From positions 19,271-83,270 of the forward strand of contig JAFUTU010000008.1 of the NCBI GenBank assembly GCA_017484095.1: DNA of 64,000 nt. The letters run 5' to 3'. The position numbers were made by a program, and so were the translations under genes. The notes beneath the pieces are model-generated. The model had not been told where the DNA came from and did no database searches. It saw nothing but the letters and a program-made list of their open reading frames with translations. Below, piece by piece: positions 9,970-18,638 of the stretch. Numbering within the stretch: position 1 is the first letter of the stretch; every line of letters begins with the position of its first letter. Source of the stretch: Ruminococcus sp. (GTDB lineage Bacteria; Bacillota; Clostridia; Oscillospirales; Ruminococcaceae).

Positions 9970-10015
9970 ATTATCCTGTCCTTTCGATTATATTTTAGGC
10001 AAGCCCTGTGATAAC

Positions 10016-10044
10016 AAAAAAACTGCAACTATAGCGTTGCAGTT
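10016..10044 (-). terminator. intrinsic terminator inside the pur leader (attenuator)
   Basis: On the - strand, AACTGCAAC-GCTATA-GTTGCAGTT (9-bp stem) followed by TTTTTGTT. It lies 45 nt upstream of the purE ATG and downstream of the predicted promoter. Confidence 0.65.
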
Positions 10045-10225
10045 ATAATTTGCGCATAAATATTGTATAAAAGTGCATGAGATCAAGACAGCATCCGCTT
10101 CTTACACAGATCCTGCCGAGAGAATATGAACCCTCAGAAAAATGAGCTGTCAAAGACATAGCACTCTCTCCAATACAGATTATCGCACAGCTGTGCCCCA
10201 GCCTGTCTCAAGGACAGAACTTTAC
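10045..10225 (-). promoter_or_regulatory. structured 5' leader of the pur operon, sensor class unassigned
   Basis: About 180 nt lie between the predicted transcription start and the terminator. Local hairpins include CUGUC-CUUGA-GACAG and the palindrome GCACAGCUGUGC. No ORF. Confidence 0.4.
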
Positions 10226-10231
10226 ATTAAT

Positions 10232-10260
10232 ATTGTACAATATTTGCCGTTAAAATTCAA
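10232..10260 (-). promoter_or_regulatory. sigma-A-type promoter of the pur operon
   Basis: On the - strand, TTGAAT, 17 nt, TACAAT. Confidence 0.45.
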
Positions 10261-10326
10261 CACCCTTTCATATAAAATTTACATCAATTATCGTTGAATT
10301 TATTGTGAATTTTAACAATTGACATT

Positions 10327-10554
10327 TCACATTGTCCCGCGGGCATTACCGCCGACCATGCCTCCACCGACCAGTCCGTCAACGATATCGTTCATGCCTG
10401 CTGTGCTTTTTGTACGCTCTGCTCGGCTTATCAGCTCGCGTCTTTCCTGGTTTGAAAGCTTTGCAAAGCAGCTGTAGGCATAAGGGTTCTGCGCCATACA
10501 CATCGACAGCCCGAGCGGAAGCTCTTCTCCGCCTGAATAACTGCGTTTTTTCAT
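10327..10554 (-). CDS. small hypothetical protein (75 aa)
   Basis: Start placed at ATG 10554, with GAGGTG 6 nt upstream; the track ORF starts further upstream. The product MKKRSYSGGEELPLGLSMCMAQNPYAY... has a Gly-rich C-terminus. No recognisable family. Confidence 0.45.
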   Translation of the reverse strand: MKKRSYSGGEELPLGLSMCMAQNPYAYSCFAKLSNQERRELISRAERTKSTAGMNDIVDGLVGGGMVGGNARGTM

Positions 10555-10613
10555 TATATCACCTCGCTTTGAGCTATTATTCCCCGGGAAATATGATTCA
10601 TTCGCGGCTTTCG

Positions 10614-10642
10614 TTGACAATCTCAGAGGGCTGTGCTATAAT
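10614..10642 (+). promoter_or_regulatory. promoter of rsmA
   Basis: TTGACA, 17 nt, TATAAT, with an extended -10 TGC. Confidence 0.5.
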
Positions 10643-10669
10643 TTTAAAAAATCAAATTGGAGAAAAATT

Positions 10670-11530
10670 ATGGATAATCTTTCAAATATAGGCATTATAA
10701 AGGACCTACTTGACCGCTACGGCTTCAAGTTCTCAAAATCTCTTGGGCAGAATTTTCTTATAAATCCGTCTGTCTGCCCGAGGATAGCCGAGATGGGCAA
10801 TGCGAAAGCAGGCTTCGGCATAATCGAGATAGGCACGGGTATAGGAGTGCTTACGAACGAGCTTGCAAAGCGCGCGGATAAAGTCTGCGCAATTGAGATC
10901 GACAGCAGGCTTATGCCTGTACTTGCTGAAACTCTTGGCGAGTACGACAATATAAAGATAATAAACGACGATGTTTTAAAAGTTGATATAAAAAAGCTTA
11001 TAGATGATGAATTCAAGGGGCTTGAGGTCGCTGTATGCGCAAATCTGCCGTATTATATCACATCTCCGATAATAATGTACCTGCTTGAGCAGCGCCTGCC
11101 GATAAGGTCTGTCACCGTACTGGTGCAGAAGGAGGCTGCAGAGCGTCTGTGCGCCGAACTCGGCACCCGTGAAGCCGGTGCTGTGACTGTAGCGGTGAGA
11201 TACTTTTCCGAGCCTAAGATCCTTTTTAACGTTTCCAGAGGAAGCTTTATGCCGGCGCCCAATGTAGACAGCTGCGCCGTTCGCTTTGACATAAAGCAGA
11301 CCACACCACAGGGAGTGAGTGATGAAGCGTTTTTCTTCAAGACCGTGAGAGCAGCCTTTTCTCAGCGCAGAAAAACACTTGTGAACTCTGTTTCAAGCGG
11401 TCTCGGCGCTGATAAATCAGCAGTTTCTGCGGCGGCAGAGAAAGCATCTCTGCCTGCAAGTATCCGTCCCGAGCAGCTCACAATGGAGCAGTTCATCGCT
11501 TTTTCGGAACGTCTCAGGGAAGCGCTTTAA
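10670..11530 (+). CDS. rsmA: 16S rRNA (adenine1518/1519-N6)-dimethyltransferase
   Basis: 286 aa with LGQNFL and EIGTGIG SAM-binding motifs. Confidence 0.95.
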   Translation: MDNLSNIGIIKDLLDRYGFKFSKSLGQNFLINPSVCPRIAEMGNAKAGFGIIEIGTGIGVLTNELAKRADKVCAIEIDSRLMPVLAETLGEYDNIKIINDDVLKVDIKKLIDDEFKGLEVAVCANLPYYITSPIIMYLLEQRLPIRSVTVLVQKEAAERLCAELGTREAGAVTVAVRYFSEPKILFNVSRGSFMPAPNVDSCAVRFDIKQTTPQGVSDEAFFFKTVRAAFSQRRKTLVNSVSSGLGADKSAVSAAAEKASLPASIRPEQLTMEQFIAFSERLREAL

Positions 11531-11688
11531 CTGTACAAAAATATGTACAAATATTATTTTTATCCGGTATCACTTTGCGACATCTTTCGCTTGCTGCTGC
11601 TGTTAGAATTGATAGTACACACTGTCAGTTCAGCAGCAGTTTTTTGCTTTCTGACAGCAAAGCTCAAACGAAAGGGAAGGACGCAAAA

Positions 11689-13956
11689 ATGAACATGAAC
11701 CGTCAGACAATGAAGATCAAAAGCGGCAGGGCACTCAGCATAAGAGCTTCCTGCCTTGTTTTTGGAGCAGCATTTGCAGCAGGCTTCGGAAGGATAATCG
11801 GTTTTCCTTCGGCTGTGAATGTTGCTCTTGCAGCAGTATTTAGAGAACAGGCACTCTCTGCCTTTGCGGGGAGCGCCTTATCGTATTTTCTAACAGGGAA
11901 GCTGACAGACGGCATCATACAGCTGAGCTCTATCCTTGTCATAGCTGCCGTCAGACTGTTTTATCCTCGGGAAGAGCAGCGTGAGCCTGTATTTGATGCA
12001 GCGCTCAGCACAGGCGCTATGATGCTTTTTGGCTGTGTAATGTCAGTAGCCTCACCTTCTGACACCTATACCACTGCACTGAGAATGATAAACGCTCTTA
12101 TGTGCGGGTGTATAGTTTTTGCCGCAGCAACAGTCAGAGACCGAAGCATAAGAACAGGCGTTTTTGACATTTCAGGCATGAACGGAGTGCTGATATCTAT
12201 AATCTACATAGTTGTTATCTCAACGCTCACAGCCTTGCCTGCCGGCACTGTCAATATCGGCAGGGCAGCAGGTACGGTCTGCCTGCTTATGGCTGTCAGG
12301 CGATACCGCAACATCGGCGGTGCGGTCATGGGCTCGCTCACTGCGTGCGGAGTTATCCTCTCAACCCCTTCGTTGGCGCAGAACACCCTGCTGCTTGCAT
12401 CTTCGGGGCTTATCTGCGGAGCTTTCATAAGGTTTGGACCGCTGCTGACAGCTTTGGTGTTTTTGATATCGTCTCTTGTGAGCCTTGTTGCGGTAGGTGT
12501 CAACGGTGATACTTTCACAATGTTCACAGACCTTGTGATAGGAGCTCTTATCTTTACAGCTATCCCTGCTTCGGCTGTCAAGCGCCTTGCAAGACGGATA
12601 GTCGGTATAGAAAACGCTGCGAACATTGCAGGGCAGTCGACCTCGGCTAAGCTGTCAGTTGCTTCTAAGACCCTGTCATCTATCAGAACACAGCTCACCC
12701 TCGTTACAGCTGCAATAGACCGTCGTTCAAAAGAGGATACTCTTTGCAGCAGGGTCAAGAGCGCCGTTTGTACAGACTGTGACCTTTACGAGCTTTGCCA
12801 TGAAAGAAAAAGCTCTGTGCCCGATGCTTTCAGAAAGCTTGAAAACACTGCATCGACCTATAATTCCGTCAGTATGCTGGATGTCGGCGCTCAGCTGCCC
12901 TCATGTGTCAGAAAAGCTTATCTTCACCGCAGCTTCAACGATATCCATTCCGATATGCTCAGCGAACGTGCCGAGCTGATAAAGGTCAGAGAGATGCGCA
13001 GTCTGCTCTCACAGCAGCTGTCCTCTATGGAAAGCATGCTTGCAGACCTCTCTTTCAGAGTGGGAAGTGTAAGGAGCATAGACTCGGCTCTTTCGGCAGC
13101 TGTGAGAGACCATTTTTCATCACTGGGCTACCCGAATGTGAAAGCCTGCGTTTATGTTGACAGCTGCTTTGTCCGTTGTGTTGATGTTTACCTCACAGCA
13201 TCTTTCAAGGGGGAGCTGGTAAAGCTCACAACAGCCCTTTCAACGATAGCGGAATGTGACCTCGCTTTGCCGACTGTTACCGAGTTTGACGGCGTGACAA
13301 GAATGAATTTCTGTGAGGAGCCCGATCTGACACTCGAGACAAAGACCTATACAGCATCATCTGGAGAGGAGTATTCGGGCGATACTTTTGAGCTTTTTTC
13401 AGATTCTCCATACAGACGGTACATAGTTCTTTCTGACGGTATGGGAACAGGAAAAAGAGCACGTCTTGATTCGATGTTCTCTGTCAGTCTTGTCACAAGG
13501 CTGATAGGCGCAGGAATGTCAATGGAAACTTCACACAGCCTTATCAATTCTCTGCTAAGGGTAAAGGGCTGGGAGGAATCCTTCGCTACGCTCGATATAG
13601 TCAAGATAGACCTGTCAGCTGCCACTGCAAGGTTTTTAAAAGCAGGTGCTGCCAGAAGTCTCCTTTGCCGTGACGGTTCAGTGCAGCCGGTCGGAGGTCA
13701 GGCATTTCCTCCCGGTATCCTGGCGGATTGTCCTCCCGATGTTGAAGAACTCAAGCTTTTTGAGGGGGATATCATACTTGTTTTTTCTGACGGTATCTCC
13801 GAGAATGCTGCGACTGAGGTCACATCCGGGCTTTTGCAGGAGGGAGCAACGCTCACAGATATCGTAAGAACTGTAGGAAACAGCGCCTGTGCAGCCTCAT
13901 CTGATAACAGACATGATGACGTCACAGTGATAGGTGTGAAGCTTACAAAAAGATAG
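11689..13956 (+). CDS. spoIIE: stage II sporulation protein E (membrane PP2C phosphatase)
   Basis: Start moved to ATG 11689, with a GGGAAGGA RBS. The N-terminal half is polytopic membrane and the C-terminal part is a PP2C domain (VLSDGMGTGKRA, VFSDGI, DDVTVIGV). Confidence 0.9.
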   Translation: MNMNRQTMKIKSGRALSIRASCLVFGAAFAAGFGRIIGFPSAVNVALAAVFREQALSAFAGSALSYFLTGKLTDGIIQLSSILVIAAVRLFYPREEQREPVFDAALSTGAMMLFGCVMSVASPSDTYTTALRMINALMCGCIVFAAATVRDRSIRTGVFDISGMNGVLISIIYIVVISTLTALPAGTVNIGRAAGTVCLLMAVRRYRNIGGAVMGSLTACGVILSTPSLAQNTLLLASSGLICGAFIRFGPLLTALVFLISSLVSLVAVGVNGDTFTMFTDLVIGALIFTAIPASAVKRLARRIVGIENAANIAGQSTSAKLSVASKTLSSIRTQLTLVTAAIDRRSKEDTLCSRVKSAVCTDCDLYELCHERKSSVPDAFRKLENTASTYNSVSMLDVGAQLPSCVRKAYLHRSFNDIHSDMLSERAELIKVREMRSLLSQQLSSMESMLADLSFRVGSVRSIDSALSAAVRDHFSSLGYPNVKACVYVDSCFVRCVDVYLTASFKGELVKLTTALSTIAECDLALPTVTEFDGVTRMNFCEEPDLTLETKTYTASSGEEYSGDTFELFSDSPYRRYIVLSDGMGTGKRARLDSMFSVSLVTRLIGAGMSMETSHSLINSLLRVKGWEESFATLDIVKIDLSAATARFLKAGAARSLLCRDGSVQPVGGQAFPPGILADCPPDVEELKLFEGDIILVFSDGISENAATEVTSGLLQEGATLTDIVRTVGNSACAASSDNRHDDVTVIGVKLTKR

Positions 13957-14055
13957 TTTTTGGCATATCGGGAAAATGGTGTAAGTTTTATTGTCAAAAA
14001 TGCACAATGCTGTATGTTGAAAACTGTGAGAATATGAGAATAAGTACTAAAACTA

Positions 14056-14084
14056 TTGCAAAATTGATAAAAAAAGATTACAAT
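14056..14084 (+). promoter_or_regulatory. promoter of the glg operon
   Basis: TTGCAA, 17 nt, TACAAT, about 65 nt upstream of glgB. Confidence 0.4.
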
Positions 14085-14150
14085 ATGACTATGGGGTAGT
14101 ATAGCTTGTACTATGCCCGTTAGAAGATAGTGGATAAAGGAGGCTGGACT

Positions 14151-16166
14151 ATGATAGACATTGTACCTAAAGATTATGAACTACCGCTATATCTTTTTCA
14201 CAATGGCACTAACTATGAAGCGTATAGATTTTTAGGCTGTCATAGAGGAAATAAAGACGGAGCTGACGGATACTATTTCAGAGTGTGGGCAGCTCATGCA
14301 AGGGGCGTATCTCTGGTCGGTGATTTCAACGATTGGAACGAGGACGCCAACAGAATGGAACTTCTCGGCAATTCCGAGATATGGGAGTGCTTTGTTCCGG
14401 GGCTGAAAACGTATGACACTTATAAGTTCTGCGTATACGGCTGTGACGGAAAAACTCATTACAAGTGCGATCCCTACGGCACCCATATGGAGACTGCTCC
14501 CGATACGGGCTCAAAGGTGTTCGATATCGACGGATATGAGTGGTCGGACAAGTCATGGATAAAGGAAAAGGAGAAGAAAGACATTTACAATTCTCCTATG
14601 AATATCTATGAGGTGCACCTGAATTCATGGAAGACCTGCACGGACGGAAAGTATTATTCTTACTCCAGATTTGCTGAGACTATAATCCCTTATATCAAGG
14701 ATATGGGCTACACTCATATCGAGTTCATGCCGTTGGCTGAATTCCCGTTTGACGGCTCATGGGGCTATCAGGGGATAGGCTACTACGCACCCTCATCGAG
14801 ATTCGGAACTCCTCACGAGTTCATGAAGATGATAGATATGTTCCATCAGGCAGGCATAGGCGTTATCCTTGACTGGGTGCCTGCACATTTCCCGAGAGAT
14901 GAAGCGGGTCTGTTCGAGTTTGACGGCGGCCCTGCATATGAGTATTCTGACAGGAAGAAGGCAGACCACCTGACCTGGGGCACAAGAGTGTTCGACTATT
15001 CTAAGGGCGAGGTAAAGTCCTTCCTTATATCAAATGCTCTTTACTGGCTCGAAAGATATCACATAGACGGTCTGAGAGTTGATGCGGTCGCATCGATGCT
15101 CTATCTTGACTATGACAGAAGAGACGGTGAGTGGACCCCGAACAAATACGGCGGAAAGGAAAACCTTGAGGCTGTTGACTTCTTCAGAGATCTCAATACC
15201 GCAGTGTTTGCTAGAAATCCAAAAACTCTGATGATAGCAGAAGAGTCTACCGCATGGCCTATGGTAACAAAGCCTGCCTCTGACGGCGGACTTGGCTTTA
15301 ACTTCAAGTGGAACATGGGCTGGATGAACGATATGCTCAAGTATATGGCGCTTGATCCTATAGACAGAGCGTTCCACCATGATATGCTGACATTCTCGTT
15401 CTTCTATGCGTTCTCCGAGAACTTTATCCTTCCGATATCTCATGATGAGGTCGTTCACGGAAAGGCATCTCTCGTAAATAAAATGTACGGCGGTGACGTA
15501 AACAACAAGTTTGCACAGTGTAAGCTGTTTATGGCTTATATGATGGCTCACCCCGGAAAGAAGCTTCTGTTCATGGGCACTGATTTCGCACAGTTCAGAG
15601 AGTGGGATTACGAGAACGGACTTGAATGGTTCCTTGTTGATGAGTATGAGAACCACAGGAATTATCTTGAATTCTCAAAGAATCTTAATCACTTCTATCT
15701 TGAGCATCCGCAGTTCTGGCAGAGAGACTTCTCGTGGGAGGGCTTCAGCTGGATATCTAATGATGATTTCAAGCAGTCTATCATTATTTTCCGCAGGTTC
15801 GATGAGAAGGGCAACGAGCTTATAGTTGTCTGCAACTTCGTTCCTGTTGAGAGAAAGAATTACTGCTTTGGTGTACCTTACAAGGGCATCTATAAAGAAG
15901 TGTTCAACTCTTCATCGGCAGACGGTTCGCCTTATGCAAATAAGTCCGTTAAATCAGAAGATGTCGGTATGCATGGCTTTGAGCAGTCGATAAGCATCGA
16001 CATACCTGCATTCTCGTGTATGTATTTCACGGTGAAGAAAGCTACTGAACTCAAAAAGAAGACCGAGGGAGCAGCTAAGAGCGCAAAGAAAAAGACTGTT
16101 TCAAAATCGGCAGCAAAAAAGACAGGCACTGCAAAAAGATCTGCAGCTAAAAAGGCTGAAGAATAG
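14151..16166 (+). CDS. glgB: 1,4-alpha-glucan branching enzyme (GH13) with Lys/Ala-rich C-terminal tail
   Basis: ATG 14151 follows AAAGGAGG. GH13 regions present: GLRVDAVASM, IAEESTAW, SHDEVVHGK. The last ~43 aa are KKATELKKKTEGAAKSAKKKTVSKSAAKKTGTAKRSAAKKAEE. Confidence 0.93.
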   Translation: MIDIVPKDYELPLYLFHNGTNYEAYRFLGCHRGNKDGADGYYFRVWAAHARGVSLVGDFNDWNEDANRMELLGNSEIWECFVPGLKTYDTYKFCVYGCDGKTHYKCDPYGTHMETAPDTGSKVFDIDGYEWSDKSWIKEKEKKDIYNSPMNIYEVHLNSWKTCTDGKYYSYSRFAETIIPYIKDMGYTHIEFMPLAEFPFDGSWGYQGIGYYAPSSRFGTPHEFMKMIDMFHQAGIGVILDWVPAHFPRDEAGLFEFDGGPAYEYSDRKKADHLTWGTRVFDYSKGEVKSFLISNALYWLERYHIDGLRVDAVASMLYLDYDRRDGEWTPNKYGGKENLEAVDFFRDLNTAVFARNPKTLMIAEESTAWPMVTKPASDGGLGFNFKWNMGWMNDMLKYMALDPIDRAFHHDMLTFSFFYAFSENFILPISHDEVVHGKASLVNKMYGGDVNNKFAQCKLFMAYMMAHPGKKLLFMGTDFAQFREWDYENGLEWFLVDEYENHRNYLEFSKNLNHFYLEHPQFWQRDFSWEGFSWISNDDFKQSIIIFRRFDEKGNELIVVCNFVPVERKNYCFGVPYKGIYKEVFNSSSADGSPYANKSVKSEDVGMHGFEQSISIDIPAFSCMYFTVKKATELKKKTEGAAKSAKKKTVSKSAAKKTGTAKRSAAKKAEE

Positions 16167-16199
16167 AAAAACAAATAAAAATTGGTGGGTGAATTAATT

Positions 16200-17402
16200 A
16201 TGTTCAACAAAAAAGAATGTGTCGCTATGCTTCTGGCAGGCGGACAGGGCAGCAGACTGTATGCTTTGACTCAAAAGGTCGCAAAGCCTGCAGTTCCGTT
16301 CGGTGCAAAGTATCGTATCATCGATTTTCCCCTTTCTAACTGTATCAACTCAGGGATCGATACCGTAGGTGTGCTTACACAGTATCAGCCGCTTGTTCTC
16401 AATGAGTACATCGGCAACGGTCAGCCTTGGGACCTTGACCGTATCCACGGAGGAGTTCATGTGCTTCCTCCGTATCAGACAGCTTCAGGTGCTGACTGGT
16501 ATTCGGGTACAGCAAATGCTATATATCAGAATATCAGCTTTATCGACAGATATGATCCCGAGTATGTAGTCGTTCTTTCGGGCGACCACATCTACAAGAT
16601 GGATTATAATAAGATGCTTGATTTCCATAAGGCTAAAGAGGCTGCTGCAACTATCGCAGTTCTTGATGTTCCTAAGGAAGAGGCGTCGAGATTCGGTATA
16701 ATGATAACTGACGATCAGGATAATATCATCGACTTTGAAGAGAAGCCTAAGAATCCGAGATCAACTCTCGCTTCAATGGGTATATACATCTTCACATGGA
16801 GCAAGCTCAGAGCTTACCTCATCGCAAATGAAGAGGATAAGGAAGCCTCCAAGGACTTTGGAAAGAACATTATCCCCGATATGAGAGAGGCTGGAGAGAA
16901 GCTCGTAGCTTACAGATTTGACGGCTACTGGAAGGACGTTGGAACCATCGACTCCCTGTGGGAGGCAAATATGGACCTTATCAATCCCAATATCCCGATA
17001 GACCTCTATGATCCTTCATGGAAGATCTATTCAAGAAACCCTGTTCTTCCTCCTCAGAGCATAGGCCCGAACGCTCAGATACAGAACTCAATGGTAACAG
17101 AGGGCTGCGTTATCAACGGCTCGGTTGAGTTCTCGATGATCTCAGACGGCGTTGTAGTTGAAGAGGGTGCTGAGATCTATGATTCGATCCTCATGCCCGG
17201 TGCTGTTATCAGAAAGGGCGCAAAGGTCGAGTATGCTATCGTAGGCGAGAACTCCGAGATCGGTGAGAACGCTCAGATAGGCGCAAGACCGGAGACCATT
17301 GACGATAAGGATCAGTGGGGCGTTGCAGTAGTTGGAAACAACATTTCCGTATCGGCTAACGGTGTGGTAGCTCCGAAGGCGATCATTTATGAAAATATTT
17401 AA
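16200..17402 (+). CDS. glgC: glucose-1-phosphate adenylyltransferase, catalytic subunit
   Basis: ATG 16200. Motifs LAGGQGSRL and [15 protein letters not shown], plus a left-handed beta-helix C-terminus. Confidence 0.93.
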   Translation: MFNKKECVAMLLAGGQGSRLYALTQKVAKPAVPFGAKYRIIDFPLSNCINSGIDTVGVLTQYQPLVLNEYIGNGQPWDLDRIHGGVHVLPPYQTASGADWYSGTANAIYQNISFIDRYDPEYVVVLSGDHIYKMDYNKMLDFHKAKEAAATIAVLDVPKEEASRFGIMITDDQDNIIDFEEKPKNPRSTLASMGIYIFTWSKLRAYLIANEEDKEASKDFGKNIIPDMREAGEKLVAYRFDGYWKDVGTIDSLWEANMDLINPNIPIDLYDPSWKIYSRNPVLPPQSIGPNAQIQNSMVTEGCVINGSVEFSMISDGVVVEEGAEIYDSILMPGAVIRKGAKVEYAIVGENSEIGENAQIGARPETIDDKDQWGVAVVGNNISVSANGVVAPKAIIYENI

Positions 17403-17419
17403 GAAAGGACCGAGTAATC

Positions 17420-18547
17420 ATGGATGTAAATATGGGTAATGTACTGGGTCTTGTTTTCGCAAATATGCATGACACGACCCTTGGAGATATCACTAAAAAC
17501 AGAACTATGGGTTCCGTTCTCTTCGGCGGAAGATACCGCCTTATAGATTTCCCGCTTTCCAATATGGTAAACAGCGGCATCAGCGAGATCGGAGTTATAA
17601 CAAAATCCAATTATCAGTCACTGCTCGATCACCTCGGCTCAGCCAGAGAGTGGGACCTCGCAAGAAAGAAGGGCGGCCTTTATATACTTCCTCCCTTCGG
17701 CAGCGTTGAGAGCACCCTTTACAGAGGCAGGATAGAGGCTCTGTACGGCGCTATGAGCTTTATTAAGTGCTCAAGAGCTAAGTACGTGATCCTTTCCGAC
17801 TGCGATGTTGTTACAAATATCGACTACAAGCCGATACTTGCACAGCACATCGAGAGCGGCGCTGATATAACAGCAGTTGTTCATACTGGCGTTTATACCT
17901 CGGACGAGACCAAGACCTCTACAGTTCTCAATACAGATGAGAACGGAAGAGTATCCTCAGTTCTCATCACTCCCGAGATCAGCGGCACCTGCACGCTCAG
18001 CCTGAATATGTTCGTAATGTCGATGGAATTTCTGACCGAGACTATCAAGGATTCTATGGCAAGAGGACTTGTAAGCTTTGAGAGAAACATTCTTCAGGAA
18101 AGATGCAGAGACCTCAAGATAATGACTTATGAGTATGAGAACTATTTCTCGAAGCTCAACAGCCCTTCAAGCTATTTCGCAGCAAATATGAAGCTTCTTG
18201 ATCCTGATAATGCTCAGAAGCTCTTTGTTCCGAAGCGCTCTATCTATACAAAGGTAAGCGATAACGCTCCTGCTAAGTATGACCTTGACAGCATGGTCAA
18301 GAATTCACTTATCGCAGACGGCTGCATCATCGAGGGTGAGGTAGAGAACAGCGTTCTGTTCAGAGGTGTTAAGGTCGGCAAGGGTACAAAGGTTAAGAAC
18401 TGTATCCTTATGCAGGACACTGTAGTTGGTGACAATGCAGAGCTCAATTACCTTATCACTGACAAGAACGTTCACATCAGCGCTAACCACATTCTCACAA
18501 GCTCGCCTGAGTATCCTATGTATGTAGGCAAGGGAGCTTCCGTATAA
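17420..18547 (+). CDS. glgD: glucose-1-phosphate adenylyltransferase, GlgD subunit
   Basis: GlgC paralogue without the GGxGxRL loop (LVFANMHD...FGGRYRLIDFPLSNM). It occupies the typical Firmicute glgC-glgD position. Confidence 0.9.
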   Translation: MDVNMGNVLGLVFANMHDTTLGDITKNRTMGSVLFGGRYRLIDFPLSNMVNSGISEIGVITKSNYQSLLDHLGSAREWDLARKKGGLYILPPFGSVESTLYRGRIEALYGAMSFIKCSRAKYVILSDCDVVTNIDYKPILAQHIESGADITAVVHTGVYTSDETKTSTVLNTDENGRVSSVLITPEISGTCTLSLNMFVMSMEFLTETIKDSMARGLVSFERNILQERCRDLKIMTYEYENYFSKLNSPSSYFAANMKLLDPDNAQKLFVPKRSIYTKVSDNAPAKYDLDSMVKNSLIADGCIIEGEVENSVLFRGVKVGKGTKVKNCILMQDTVVGDNAELNYLITDKNVHISANHILTSSPEYPMYVGKGASV

Positions 18548-18564
18548 TCTAAGTAAATAGACGT

Positions 18565-18593
18565 CCTCTATCGGTCATTTCAGCCGATAGAGG
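18565..18593 (+). other. intercistronic stem-loop between glgD and glgA
   Basis: Perfect 10-bp inverted repeat CCTCTATCGG / CCGATAGAGG with a 9-nt loop. No clear U-run, so it may be a partial terminator or an RNA stability element. Confidence 0.35.
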
Positions 18594-18638
18594 ATTGTTG
18601 TATAAGAGTGTTCAATTACCTAATAAGGGGGTCAGAAA

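Noticed and set aside
8638-10011. 457-aa plus-strand ORF, the longest unexplained ORF in the track
   Set aside because: It lies entirely antisense to the well-conserved purF 5' end, purC and purE. Its product is Leu/Cys/Val-rich with no motifs, there is no RBS, and the minus-strand genes fully account for the region.
10045-10225. Attempted assignment of the pur leader to purine, ZTP, ykkC/PRPP or T-box classes
   Set aside because: There are partial look-alikes (AUAAUC, GGCUGGGGCA, GAGGGUUC, AGAGAG). The ordered core motifs of each class are absent, however, and the ZTP-like 3' element has no 5' domain before it. I left the leader unclassified rather than naming a family.
11575-11688. N-terminal extensions in the ORF track: spoIIE from 11575, ispE from 23332, mtaB from 23980, galT from 33218, moxR from 52757, the transglutaminase gene from 54967, OrfA from 57749
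   Set aside because: In every case an internal ATG with a good Shine-Dalgarno at 6-9 nt coincides with the start of family-typical sequence. The extensions overlap promoters, leaders or upstream genes.
12204-12758. 184-aa antisense ORF inside spoIIE. Similar cases: 15030-15656 in glgB, 34979-35500 and 35798-36355 in the second branching enzyme, 60971-61600 in cdaA, 50390-50836 in the TagB-like gene
   Set aside because: All lie inside, and opposite to, genes with strong family signatures. None has an RBS or a recognisable motif.
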